Source: a virus
Taxonomy: Duplodnaviria; Heunggongvirae; Uroviricota; Caudoviricetes
Strand: one strand, 5' to 3'
Length of the DNA stretch: 64,000 bases
IMG/VR virus record: IMGVR_UViG_3300031993_000024
Coordinates: 1 to 64,000 of that record
This document shows, one piece after another, positions 46,656-56,200 of this stretch. The notes beneath the pieces were generated by a model. It did not search any database. It was not told the origin of the DNA and saw only the letters and a program-made list of their open reading frames with translations. A program made the position numbers and the translations under genes. Every line of letters starts with the position of its first letter. Positions within the stretch are counted from its first letter, which is position 1.

Positions 46656-46818
46656 TCAAAACAAATTTAATTAAAACTCTTAAAAAATTATCGTTATGGC
46701 AAAGAAAAACAGAAAACCAGAAACATTCGGATGTCCGAAAGAATTTGAAGGCTATCAAAGATTACTTAACGCCTTATTCAAGTAAACCCAAAGTACAACA
46801 ATTCTAAATCTTACTACT

Positions 46819-47400
46819 ATGTTACCTACTTATCAATTACAGCAACTTATCAAGAAAGCGACTGAAAACAGAGAAAATTACGCAGTAAACGACCCTACTC
46901 GTTATATGGAGCTTGTCTCACAATGTGCGTTCCGTTATGCCAACAAGTATCCAAGAATTCCATTTGAAGATATTTTCGGATATGGCATGATAGGACTTAC
47001 TAATGCCTGCAAGCGTTTTGATGGAGACGAATTCGCTCGTCTTGCTTATTACAAGACATACATTGAAGGAGAAATTCGTCACGGTATCACAACTGAGCTG
47101 AACTATGTTCACCAGGCTGTAAACAATATGCAGAAAGAAGAAACGACGATTATCTCTATGACCAGCGGCGGAATTGATAAGGAATACGAACGTGATGACA
47201 GAATGATTACGGTCGAGAGATACTTGTCAGGCAACAACAGCCTGAAAATCGAGGAAATCGCGATTCTTAAACGCGAGCTCAAGTTTACTGATACCCTGAA
47301 AAGTGACATCTGCCGTGAATTCAGGCTTGACAGCAAAGGTTATCAAGTATGCCTTGACAATGCAATCAAAACTATGCGCAAGGAACTTGTTTACGCCTGA
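46819..47400 (+). CDS. sigma-70-family (ECF-sized) sigma factor
   Basis: Region 2: GYGMIGLTNACKRFD...ARLAYYKTYIEGEIRHGI. Region 4 HTH: IAILKRELKFTDTLKSDICREFRLDSKGYQVCLDNAIKTMRKEL. 193 aa. Confidence 0.7.
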   Translation: MLPTYQLQQLIKKATENRENYAVNDPTRYMELVSQCAFRYANKYPRIPFEDIFGYGMIGLTNACKRFDGDEFARLAYYKTYIEGEIRHGITTELNYVHQAVNNMQKEETTIISMTSGGIDKEYERDDRMITVERYLSGNNSLKIEEIAILKRELKFTDTLKSDICREFRLDSKGYQVCLDNAIKTMRKELVYA

Positions 47401-47440
47401 TAATTATAGATAAGACAATAACAGAACAAAACTTACAGCT

Positions 47441-48064
47441 ATGGAAATCCTTGTTAAGAAGCACTTGTTTCATACCCAACTTATATTTGGGGAATACAAT
47501 AAGAGTGAAAACACTGTCAGTGCCAAGTATGTTACGGAGAGAGCATTCGACACGTATCATTTAGTAAAGTCGTCAAGCGTTTACTATGTTGAGGACAAAG
47601 ACATCTTGCGGGAATTCAATGTTCCTGGTCTGTTCGAACAGTTTGAAGACATGCTCGATACCATCAATAAGGCGAAGAAGTTCCTGGAAAGTCTCGATTA
47701 TAAAGGCAGGCTTGATGACGACCAACGTAAGATTGATTACTTCATCTCTTACAGTGAAAACAATTATACGTCGAATACGAAAAAGTATTATATGGTTGTC
47801 GATAATGTACATCGTACCTGTTCATGCTTTGACATGGACGTGTTTGGATTCAAGCTGTATAATATGAAGCATACCTTCAATGTAAAGGGTTCTTATGCCG
47901 AAATATCTATGGATGATTTTCAGAAAGTTTTCGGGACGGATTACAAAAGATTCTGGAAGACAATTGAAAAGTATAATGAGGCTGTTACATTCCTTTTGGA
48001 ATTCGTAAGGGTTTCATTAAATCTTGGAATATGGTACAGCTTACCTAAAAACTTATCATTATGA
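47441..48064 (+). CDS. hypothetical protein
   Basis: 207-aa ORF. Confidence 0.6.
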   Translation: MEILVKKHLFHTQLIFGEYNKSENTVSAKYVTERAFDTYHLVKSSSVYYVEDKDILREFNVPGLFEQFEDMLDTINKAKKFLESLDYKGRLDDDQRKIDYFISYSENNYTSNTKKYYMVVDNVHRTCSCFDMDVFGFKLYNMKHTFNVKGSYAEISMDDFQKVFGTDYKRFWKTIEKYNEAVTFLLEFVRVSLNLGIWYSLPKNLSL

Positions 48065-48324
48065 AAACGATTATGACAGTCATAGTACCTCATTCTTGTT
48101 TCTATGGCAAGCATGCGCATACAAAGGGAAATAGGTCTGCGGAACAGGTATCTGTAAAATGCGACTCTTGCAAGTGTACATTTTATGCTGAAGTGAAAAA
48201 GGGAGAACCAATGCCTACTGTGTGCGAATGGTGCCAGAAATCAAGTCTGGAACAGGGATTGACAATGTTCTTTATTATGTTGCCAATATTGATTATAGTT
48301 TATGTCGCTATTAAAGTAAGATAG
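48061..48324 (+). CDS. small zinc-ribbon protein with a C-terminal transmembrane helix
   Basis: CDSCKCTF...CEWCQK plus MFFIMLPILIIVYVAI. It has the same architecture as 49292. Confidence 0.5.
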   Translation: MKTIMTVIVPHSCFYGKHAHTKGNRSAEQVSVKCDSCKCTFYAEVKKGEPMPTVCEWCQKSSLEQGLTMFFIMLPILIIVYVAIKVR

Positions 48325-48479
48325 TTATGGAAAAGATTTTATTATTATGCGAAGCTTTCGAATGGCTAAACAAACATCTGCCTTATAAAGGCGGATATAC
48401 GAATTATATGAACGAATTAAAGATGAGAGGATTCGCATTGGATGCTCCTTCAAGTATTAACAAATAAAAAATAAAAGCT

Positions 48480-48728
48480 ATGAAAACTACAGAGAAAGCA
48501 GTTATCCTCGGCGGATTCAAACAATTCAATCCAAGCATTGAACCTGAAGGAAAGTTGTTCGCCTATATATCAGATGACAGCAAATTGTGCATAGGGAAAC
48601 TTATGAAGGATGAACAAACATGGTGGCTTGAAGATATGTTAACCGGCAAGAAAAGATTCCCATATACGTCACAAGTTCTTCTTCTTGAAGATTTGACGAT
48701 AAGGGATGTGACTATAAAGATAGAATAA
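48480..48728 (+). CDS. hypothetical small protein
   Basis: 82-aa ORF. Confidence 0.45.
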   Translation: MKTTEKAVILGGFKQFNPSIEPEGKLFAYISDDSKLCIGKLMKDEQTWWLEDMLTGKKRFPYTSQVLLLEDLTIRDVTIKIE

Positions 48729-48776
48729 AATCAGATGGTTATAGGAAAACATAATGTCAAATAAAAAATAAGAATT

Positions 48777-49001
48777 ATGGCACCAGAAGAAAAACAGCTT
48801 TTATTTAAGGACCTCGTAATCAGGGTATCAGGCACAATGGCAGGCAACATAAATGGGATGGGCGAATATGATAGAAAACCTATTTCCAATCACTTCGACT
48901 GCCGTAGTTTGATTCCAGTTGAGTCTGTTATTAGAGGCAGTGAGGAAAAAGAACAGCTAATTAAAGACCTCTGCGCGAGGTTACCGTATAGATTAAGTTA
49001 A
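48777..49001 (+). CDS. hypothetical small protein
   Basis: 74-aa ORF. Its upstream 45 nt are duplicated before 49049. Confidence 0.45.
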   Translation: MAPEEKQLLFKDLVIRVSGTMAGNINGMGEYDRKPISNHFDCRSLIPVESVIRGSEEKEQLIKDLCARLPYRLS

Positions 49002-49048
49002 ATTCAGACGGTTATAGAAAACATAATGTCAAATAAAAAATAAGAATT

Positions 49049-49273
49049 ATGGAACAGAGAATTAAAGAGCTTAATAAAGAAATCAGAAATCTCAAGCATG
49101 CAAGAAGTGCTTTGAAAATTATAAAGTATGGTACTTGGGGCGGACAGCCTCGTTCTGCTAAAAATGAAAAAACTATTATGAACGACATAGAAAGCCTCGA
49201 CCGAAAATATGTGAATGAAATCAATGAGCATCAGCATGAAATTGAGGAAATCAAAAATAAAATGAATCATTAA
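49049..49273 (+). CDS. hypothetical small coiled-coil protein
   Basis: 74-aa ORF with the same duplicated upstream element. Confidence 0.45.
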   Translation: MEQRIKELNKEIRNLKHARSALKIIKYGTWGGQPRSAKNEKTIMNDIESLDRKYVNEINEHQHEIEEIKNKMNH

Positions 49274-49291
49274 ACCTTAATTATTAGAGCT

Positions 49292-49558
49292 ATGTATCCA
49301 GCAATTTATTCATCGTCAATGACGGGAGCAAGAACAAGTGTAGCCAATCATCACAGCCTTCCATGCAAAACGAAGGAATGTACATTTGTATGTGATTCTT
49401 GTCATCGAGAATTCCACAAGGAAATCTCTATCGAAAAAGATTGTCCTACTGTTTGTACAACTTGTAGCGGAGAAGATACAATTATAGTAATAGCTTTTAT
49501 AATTGGCCTGTTATGTTGCGTAGCTGCTATAATTATTAACCGAAAAAAAATTAAATAA
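49292..49558 (+). CDS. small Cys-rich zinc-ribbon protein with a C-terminal transmembrane helix
   Basis: CKTKECTFVCDSCH...CPTVCTTCSG plus IIVIAFIIGLLCCVAAIII. Confidence 0.5.
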   Translation: MYPAIYSSSMTGARTSVANHHSLPCKTKECTFVCDSCHREFHKEISIEKDCPTVCTTCSGEDTIIVIAFIIGLLCCVAAIIINRKKIK

Positions 49559-49719
49559 TAAGACTATGACACAAGAGGAAAAATGGATATTATAACCTAC
49601 AACCAGCCTATTCTTGACGACTGGAAAATCGAACATCATTTTGATTTCAGAGGACTTATAGAAAAGGGACTCGCTCTTGAAGCTCCTGATGGAATGTACG
49701 ATATTAAAAAATAGTAGCT

Positions 49720-50412
49720 ATGAAAAAGAATAAATTGACACAAATAAAAAACAAATCTATTAAGTCGTTTGTAGACATGGTATGTGACACAGAGCATATT
49801 GATAAGGCAGTTACTGAACTTAACAACATGCTCGCTTCAGGATGCGATAAGTCTGAAATCGTTACGAAGATGAAGGACCTTAATGACTCTGGAAAGAAAA
49901 GCATAGACTTCTATTTCGACAGAGACCTTTTCATTGCCGGCGTAGAAACTTTTGACGACGTCTTTAAGGTATTCGAACCGTGTGAACTCGTATTTGAAAA
50001 GAATGAAGACATAGTCGAGCACATGGGCATAGTCATAAGACTTTCTGATAAAGGAAAGTATAATCTGGAACTTGCCGAATTTTGCCGTGAGCTCCATCTT
50101 AAGGATATTGGAGACCTTTCCGATGGCTATCACACATTCAATGAGCTCTATGAGCAAAGACGTATTCTGTTCCAGACAATAGTAAAAGTTTATAAGGACA
50201 GAGCATGGAAGTCCAAGAGGCATGAAGACGGCAAGCAATGTTTTGACGGCAATTGGTTCATAGTCGGAATAGATACGCCTGAAGGCTCTTATACGTATCA
50301 TTATGAGATGAAGTATTTCGACGACTTCGACTGCGAGGAGCTTGAAAACGGCAAACATTGGGACGGTCATACTGACAAAGATGTCACGAGATTGCTGAGT
50401 CTTGTAAAATAG
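49720..50412 (+). CDS. hypothetical protein
   Basis: 230-aa ORF. Confidence 0.6.
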   Translation: MKKNKLTQIKNKSIKSFVDMVCDTEHIDKAVTELNNMLASGCDKSEIVTKMKDLNDSGKKSIDFYFDRDLFIAGVETFDDVFKVFEPCELVFEKNEDIVEHMGIVIRLSDKGKYNLELAEFCRELHLKDIGDLSDGYHTFNELYEQRRILFQTIVKVYKDRAWKSKRHEDGKQCFDGNWFIVGIDTPEGSYTYHYEMKYFDDFDCEELENGKHWDGHTDKDVTRLLSLVK

Positions 50413-50439
50413 GTTGTTTATTATATTAAAAAACAGAAA

Positions 50440-51579
50440 ATGGAAACAATATCAGGAAGCTTTGAAGAAAAGAAAGAGTTATGCGATTCAATAACTCTGA
50501 ACGATGTCATCGAATACCTTGAAGGCACTATTTGCGAAGTGCATATTATGACGGTAAACGATGATAAAAAGACATTGTCAGGAGTGTTCAGTCGTCCTAA
50601 GCTCGTCATATTTAATAAAGAAGACTACGATTACGCTCGTACATGTCATAATACATATATCGAGCCCAGCAACAACTACCTTAATGAAATCACTGAAGGC
50701 AGCCAAATATTGAAAGACGTCTATCAATTAAGCAATAATCAGATTCGTAAAAGCCGGAATAAAAAGAAGGCAGTCAAAATGTTGTTTAATTTGACGCATA
50801 ATCATTTGTTTTTCCACATGTATGATAACAAGTACATTCATATAGAAAAAGTCTTTAAACGAGATAAAAACGCGTTTAAACACGATTTATTAGGCAAGCT
50901 TACTGAAACTTCTGAAAAAATAGAGAGACTTAAAAAATATATCAAGGCATTGGAGTATAAGAAGTATAGACTTACGAATTATGTCAGCAGCCATGACAAA
51001 ATTTATGGGTCTGATTCTATAACTGTCATATATGCGAATGCGGATGACACCGACACCGAACTGCTTAAAGGAATCTGGAAGGATTTGAAGAATGTCAACG
51101 TTATAGAAATTACGAAGAATTCCGAAAATTACGAAAGTATCGTCGATAAAGCGATTATGGAAGAGAAGGGAACCCTAATCTTCGCCGGGCATGGAACGCC
51201 ATACGGGTTGCTGCACCCTAACTTTGCAAGTAACCAGTATCTCCTGCACGAAAATAACAAATACCTTATCAAAGCAAGCAAGGTTATTTGCATCTGGTGC
51301 TATGCCTCTGAATTTGTAAAGAATTACAACATATTTAACAGCTTCAGTACATCTATGTACATATCGAATATAGATGAAGCTTACGACTACAATATGTACA
51401 ATGAATCAAGTCGGGCCATACAGAAGATAACTGAAGATTTCTGCGCTGACGTCAATAATCTGCTTAAGAACAAGGTCGACCTTAAAGAATGGCATGACAT
51501 CATAGTTCAAAAAACAGACACTAACAGCCAGATTGATACTTTTAACAGAACAAATACATTCATAAACATAAGAAATTAA
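50440..51579 (+). CDS. hypothetical protein; possible caspase/CHAT-like His-Cys dyad
   Basis: SITVIYANAD ... LIFAGHGTPYG ... KVICIWCYASE resembles the strand/His/Cys arrangement of caspase-fold proteases. Weak. Confidence 0.6.
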   Translation: METISGSFEEKKELCDSITLNDVIEYLEGTICEVHIMTVNDDKKTLSGVFSRPKLVIFNKEDYDYARTCHNTYIEPSNNYLNEITEGSQILKDVYQLSNNQIRKSRNKKKAVKMLFNLTHNHLFFHMYDNKYIHIEKVFKRDKNAFKHDLLGKLTETSEKIERLKKYIKALEYKKYRLTNYVSSHDKIYGSDSITVIYANADDTDTELLKGIWKDLKNVNVIEITKNSENYESIVDKAIMEEKGTLIFAGHGTPYGLLHPNFASNQYLLHENNKYLIKASKVICIWCYASEFVKNYNIFNSFSTSMYISNIDEAYDYNMYNESSRAIQKITEDFCADVNNLLKNKVDLKEWHDIIVQKTDTNSQIDTFNRTNTFINIRN

Positions 51580-51665
51580 CGTCTGTAACTTATTGATTAT
51601 CAATATCAACTGAAAATAATTTGAAAATTTTTAACAAAAAATGTTAAAAATGAAAAATATCAGCT

Positions 51666-51673
51666 TATATTTG
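51666..51673 (+). promoter_or_regulatory. TATATTTG -7 element within a TTTTTAACA/TGTTAAAAA inverted-repeat promoter region
   Basis: This is the third copy of the conserved early-promoter architecture. Confidence 0.35.
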
Positions 51674-51707
51674 TCAAAACAAAATTGATAAACAAAACTT
51701 AAGCATT

Positions 51708-52577
51708 ATGGAAACAATAGGATTCGGAGGTACATATTACACGTTATGGTATGTATACAAAAAAGACGGGTATGTTCATTACGACTATGTTAAAAACATA
51801 TCGACTGACGAAGAGAAGGCTAAAAGACTTTATCCTAAAGCAGACATCGATATGAGTCTTAAAGGCAGCCACAGCTTTACAAGAAAAATAGAAGACCCCC
51901 TTGAGAATGACTGCTTCGAAGGAGGTATGTATAAAGGTACGAAATTTGAAGATTGTCACGATGACAGCTATATGTTGTGGTGGTATAACAATGGAGGTAG
52001 TTGCGATTGTCTTAGACAGGTTTTGGAAAGCCGTGGATATAAGTTTTATGATGGTAGAATGATGACTGAAGAAGAATATACAAAGTTTGCTCAGCGTGAC
52101 AAAACCCGTGAAGATGAAGCTTTTAATATCAACAAGGCGCTTGAAAAATCTTTACCGTTCACTTGCTCGTCATCAGACCGAGTAAGATACAATAATGACG
52201 GCTATCCGTTATCTGACAGCTGCAAACTTGTCCTTGATAGGATAAATGATATTAACATTGAGTATACGAATGTTACACTTGTGTTTGAGGAGTATAAGGA
52301 AACACTTTACAGCATTCTGCCATGCCGTAACGGAAAGGGCGTTGTTGTAAGGAATAAGAATATCGAAGTGACGGATTATATTGTTATGACACGAACATTT
52401 CTTAACAGCGTTTCTTATTTTATAATAGTAAATGATTTTAGGATTATTAAGGATAAAGTGACAAAAAGCGAATCAGAAGATGAGATGCTTACATCAGAGG
52501 ACTTAAAGGAGTCTGCTATGAAATGTGCTGAAGCTGAAAGATGTTTCGGAATCTTGAAGGAGGTACTGTCACTTTGA
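51708..52577 (+). CDS. hypothetical protein
   Basis: 289-aa ORF. Confidence 0.65.
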   Translation: METIGFGGTYYTLWYVYKKDGYVHYDYVKNISTDEEKAKRLYPKADIDMSLKGSHSFTRKIEDPLENDCFEGGMYKGTKFEDCHDDSYMLWWYNNGGSCDCLRQVLESRGYKFYDGRMMTEEEYTKFAQRDKTREDEAFNINKALEKSLPFTCSSSDRVRYNNDGYPLSDSCKLVLDRINDINIEYTNVTLVFEEYKETLYSILPCRNGKGVVVRNKNIEVTDYIVMTRTFLNSVSYFIIVNDFRIIKDKVTKSESEDEMLTSEDLKESAMKCAEAERCFGILKEVLSL

Positions 52578-52679
52578 AAGACAATGTCTATACAGTAGTT
52601 GATGAAAGAAGTCACGGCCCTTGGTTTGGACAAGGTCCTGGGACAAGGAACAGAACGACTAAATATTTAAAAACTTGGT
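52541..52679 (+). CDS. small overlapping ORF encoding a conserved C-terminal module (MFRNLEGGTVTLKDNVYTVVDERSHGPWFGQGPGTRNRTTKYLKTW)
   Basis: Not in the track (46 aa). It is frame +2 relative to the end of 51708. The same module ends ORF 53555..53944 and occurs again at 52960-53073. Confidence 0.3.
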
Positions 52680-52685
52680 AAAATT

Positions 52686-52880
52686 ATGAAGGCAAAAGAA
52701 CTTGCAGAAGAATTATTAAAACACCCTGATTTTGATGTTGAATTTATAGCATGGGAAAATATTACAAACGGAGAAAGTGAAGGTGGATTCTATCCTTACT
52801 TATCTCGATTTGATAATATTGAATTGGGTGACATAGGACATTCAGATAAAGTAATTGTTCTTACTGGGAAAGAATGTTAA
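52686..52880 (+). CDS. hypothetical small protein
   Basis: 64-aa ORF. Confidence 0.45.
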   Translation: MKAKELAEELLKHPDFDVEFIAWENITNGESEGGFYPYLSRFDNIELGDIGHSDKVIVLTGKEC

Positions 52881-52906
52881 AAACAAATAAAACTATAAAA
52901 TTATGA

Positions 52907-53073
52907 TAACAGAAGATTATGTTTCTTACAAAGTAGCAAGATTGCTACAAGAAAGGGGGTTTGATTGGAAATATCTATACTGTTGTTGATGTAAGGTCAC
53001 ACGGAAACGATATGTTGTGGAAATGCGGTCCTGGAACAAGGAACAGAACGACTAAATATCTGAAAGTATGGTA
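52907..53073 (+). pseudogene. frameshifted chimeric remnant: paralog-family-A N-terminus fused out of frame to the ...YTVVDxRSHG...RNRTTKYLKVW C-terminal module
   Basis: MITEDYVSYKVARLLQERGFDWKYLYCC then a stop. In the +1 frame the sequence continues GNIYTVVDVRSHGNDMLWKCGPGTRNRTTKYLKVW and then a stop. Confidence 0.4.
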
Positions 53074-53108
53074 ATTATAACAAAACAATACAAATATTAA
53101 GTAGAGCC

Positions 53109-53558
53109 ATGGAGAATTTGATTAGAAAAGAGCTTATCGACGATATGTTTGAAACTTACGAGGATTTCGGCATTACAAAAGAAATTGCCGCCTCTGTAAT
53201 AGATAAAACATTATCCGATGACGATTACAAAGCCAAAAGCATAAAGAAAGAAGCAGATATTTCTCGAGACATGTTGTTTGGAAAATCCGTTGCTGATACC
53301 TGTACTTACTTAAAATCGCTTGAGGCGAAATATGGCAAAGGCACGGTTGAAGAAAAATGGAGCGGTTATGAAGATAATTATTTTGTCTATGAATACGATT
53401 CCATTGAAGATAAAGACGACATATATTTAAGATTGCGCAAGGTCGTGAAAGGAGCTGTCGTAAGAAAAAAAGAAATAATGAAAGATGAGAAGGATAGATT
53501 AGATAAGATAGCGAGACTTGAAAGCGAGTTAGCAATTTTAAAGAAGAAAAAATTATGA
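53109..53558 (+). CDS. hypothetical protein
   Basis: 149-aa ORF. Confidence 0.6.
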   Translation: MENLIRKELIDDMFETYEDFGITKEIAASVIDKTLSDDDYKAKSIKKEADISRDMLFGKSVADTCTYLKSLEAKYGKGTVEEKWSGYEDNYFVYEYDSIEDKDDIYLRLRKVVKGAVVRKKEIMKDEKDRLDKIARLESELAILKKKKL

Positions 53559-53944
53559 GAGGTATAGAATATCATCGAATGCCAAGAATTGTCCATAGGG
53601 ACAACAAGCACTATGTCAACCAAGGACATAAGTGGAATGACACCATTGGCATAACAGTAAGGGTCCCGTCATTGAAGAGAAACAAAAAGGTGTGGAACAA
53701 TTTCTATAACCTGTTTCCATACATAAATGACTTTCTTATGTCGAACGGCAGCCGTGGGTTTCTGTTCGGGCAGAAGGTGATAAGTGTCACATTGAAAGAC
53801 AATGTATATACGGTTGTAGACGAGAGAATCCATGGGAAGCCTAACAAAAGTTTTTTGGCCTGGTACTGGAGTGACTGGACTCCTTTTTATGACTATATTA
53901 CTGAACCAAGAAGACGTACTACGAAATTTTTGAAGGTGTGGTAA
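53555..53944 (+). CDS. hypothetical protein ending in the conserved VTLKDNVYTVVDER...RRRTTKFLKVW module
   Basis: 129-aa ORF. Confidence 0.6.
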   Translation: MRGIEYHRMPRIVHRDNKHYVNQGHKWNDTIGITVRVPSLKRNKKVWNNFYNLFPYINDFLMSNGSRGFLFGQKVISVTLKDNVYTVVDERIHGKPNKSFLAWYWSDWTPFYDYITEPRRRTTKFLKVW

Positions 53945-53978
53945 CTAAATTGAATTATAAGACAAATAGAATATAATT

Positions 53979-54452
53979 ATGGTAGAAGGATTTTCAAAAG
54001 AAAGACACATAGCTTCTATAGAAGAAGCTAAGACAGTCAAAAAGCTTATTATTGAAAGAGGGAAAGAGATAGTGTCAAAAGTCCCAGAAGGTATTGACAT
54101 CGGAGTTAAGAAATGTGACCAAGTCTATGCCGACGACTATTATGTTTCTTTCGAAGATATGTTTGAATATTCTAAAGAGGATTCTAAAGAAGATAGGGAG
54201 AAGTATTGCAAATTCTACATCAGTGAGCGCATCCCTTGTCGTTATGCAGACGACAGGAAAGTCAGTATCAAGTTTCCTATTGACACATTGTATTCCGATA
54301 CGGCTCTTGAAAAGTTCTTCAAAAAGCTCGTAGAAGAGAAAGAAGCAGCTGTTGCAGAGGAGAAAAAAGCAAAAGAAGCAGCTGAAGCCGCAAAAGAAGC
54401 AAAAGAAAGAGAAGAGTACGAAAGACTAAAGACAAAATTTGAAGGAAAATAG
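53979..54452 (+). CDS. hypothetical protein, member of a 3-copy domain family (..EGIDI.VK...FPID.LYSD.ALE..)
   Basis: It shares a domain with the C-terminal half of 55448 and with 56201. Confidence 0.6.
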   Translation: MVEGFSKERHIASIEEAKTVKKLIIERGKEIVSKVPEGIDIGVKKCDQVYADDYYVSFEDMFEYSKEDSKEDREKYCKFYISERIPCRYADDRKVSIKFPIDTLYSDTALEKFFKKLVEEKEAAVAEEKKAKEAAEAAKEAKEREEYERLKTKFEGK

Positions 54453-54656
54453 TTATGGCAAAGGATGAATGCGTAATATTATTGGAAAAGTTTATTGAGG
54501 AAATAAAGGCAATGGATACCGACAAGGAGGTATTTATAGCTATTGAAGATAGCATTGGTGATATTAGTTGCTATCCCAATTGATAAGTTCATGGTCATGG
54601 AGGGTAGGGTCGGTATTTATATAACAAATTGGCGTGAGAATTAAGGATGAATAGTT

Positions 54657-55160
54657 ATGAGTACAAGAAATTACTTTTACAACATTCTGAAACAGGAATG
54701 GGAGAAATGTCTTGAAACAAGTTATTCCAAGATACAGGAGGAGTATGAGTATGTTGGAGATTTTATAGAAAAGAATCTTCATTTGACGAAGCTTAATTCA
54801 GAAGTTGCAATAGGAGCAGTGTTTGAAGCAGACAAAAAGGGATATGCAAAGAAATTGTTCTTAGACATACCGCCAGCAGAACGTACAGATACGTCATACT
54901 ATGTCTTTGACAAAGAAAACTTTGAAAAAGTTATAGAATGTCACAAGGAGCTCATCAAAGAGGTGTTTGAGTCTGACTACCTGCTTGACAAGGACCGTAG
55001 AGAATATATGAAGACAATGCTTCTTGCATCTTCACCATCTGACAATCCTAACCCGCTATTGAGTTGTTCTTGGACTTCCATAGAAGACTTGTTTGAGCTG
55101 TACTATATGTACAAGATAACGAACTGGGAAAAGGAGATGATATTGGTTAGTGTATCATAA
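54657..55160 (+). CDS. hypothetical protein
   Basis: 167-aa ORF. Confidence 0.55.
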   Translation: MSTRNYFYNILKQEWEKCLETSYSKIQEEYEYVGDFIEKNLHLTKLNSEVAIGAVFEADKKGYAKKLFLDIPPAERTDTSYYVFDKENFEKVIECHKELIKEVFESDYLLDKDRREYMKTMLLASSPSDNPNPLLSCSWTSIEDLFELYYMYKITNWEKEMILVSVS

Positions 55161-55235
55161 AAATAATAAACCATAATAAAAAGAAGATAATCATGACAAA
55201 AGGAGAGATGTTACAGCAATATGTAAAAAATAATT

Positions 55236-55427
55236 ATGATGTTATTCAAAAATCGTATAAAGGAAGCAATGCAAAAAGGAGCACATAGAATTTATGTCGG
55301 CAAGGAGTCTTTTGCCACAGATTTCAAGCCAGATTGGGTATGCCTTGATGAAACGAAGGATAGACTTGAAGAGGATGGTTTTGAATTTCATGCTTCATCA
55401 TACGATGAATGGGAAATTACCTGGTAA
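55236..55427 (+). CDS. hypothetical small protein
   Basis: 63-aa ORF. Confidence 0.4.
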   Translation: MMLFKNRIKEAMQKGAHRIYVGKESFATDFKPDWVCLDETKDRLEEDGFEFHASSYDEWEITW

Positions 55428-55447
55428 AATTTTAATATAATACTGAT

Positions 55448-56197
55448 ATGAAAACTTATACAAAACAAGACATAATCAATGCAATGAAGAAATTGCATCC
55501 ATGCCCTTTCTGCGGTACTGTTCCGAAAATCATCATAACTGACGACGAAGGTAATCCGAGAAATACCGACTATCTTAATGATACGTGGTCTGGCATAGCA
55601 TTCGGTATAAGGCATGATGTCGTAAAAGAGTGTCCGATTTCATTTGACAGCGAGGACGACGCAGATTGCATACCTATGGGAAACCGTCTCTACGACACGC
55701 CTGACGTGCTTGTGGAAACATGGAATTCTGCAATTCAGAATACAAAAGAACGAACTTCTGAAGGAAAGCTGACGAAGGAAAGACATCTTGCTCTCATAAA
55801 GGAGAAAGACCGTGTTGAAGAGCTTATTATTAAAAGATGTAAAGAGATTATCAGAAAGGCACCTGAAGGAATCGATGTCAAAGTAAAGCCGAACGGCATT
55901 ATTTGTGTTGAATTCATTGATGAGGCTTCCATAAACGGGAACCGTACATTCCACATAGAAGAAGAGACTACTTTCCGAGGAGAAAGCGAAACGAGATACA
56001 GTATCCCCTTTCCGATAGATGCACTATATTCTGATGAAGCACTTGACGAATACTATAGCAGGCTTGTAAAAGAAAAAGAAGAGGAGGAATGCCGCAAGAA
56101 AGCTATAGAAGAGAAGCGTAAGGCTACACAGGAGAAAAGGGAAAGAGCTCAGTACGAACGGCTAAAGGCAAAATATGGTAAAAGTGAAAATAAGTAA
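55448..56197 (+). CDS. Lar-like zinc-ribbon (restriction alleviation family) N-terminal domain fused to a family domain shared with 53979 and 56201
   Basis: LHPCPFCGTVPKI...VKECP resembles the Lar family LKPCPFCGG motif. The C-terminal half parallels 53979 (KERH..EGIDV.VK...FPIDALYSDEALD). Confidence 0.55.
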   Translation: MKTYTKQDIINAMKKLHPCPFCGTVPKIIITDDEGNPRNTDYLNDTWSGIAFGIRHDVVKECPISFDSEDDADCIPMGNRLYDTPDVLVETWNSAIQNTKERTSEGKLTKERHLALIKEKDRVEELIIKRCKEIIRKAPEGIDVKVKPNGIICVEFIDEASINGNRTFHIEEETTFRGESETRYSIPFPIDALYSDEALDEYYSRLVKEKEEEECRKKAIEEKRKATQEKRERAQYERLKAKYGKSENK

Positions 56198-56200
56198 GTT

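Noticed and set aside
52907-53073. Possible TGA read-through or alternative genetic code
   Set aside because: The conserved continuation is in the +1 frame, not in frame after the TGA. All long genes read cleanly with the standard code.
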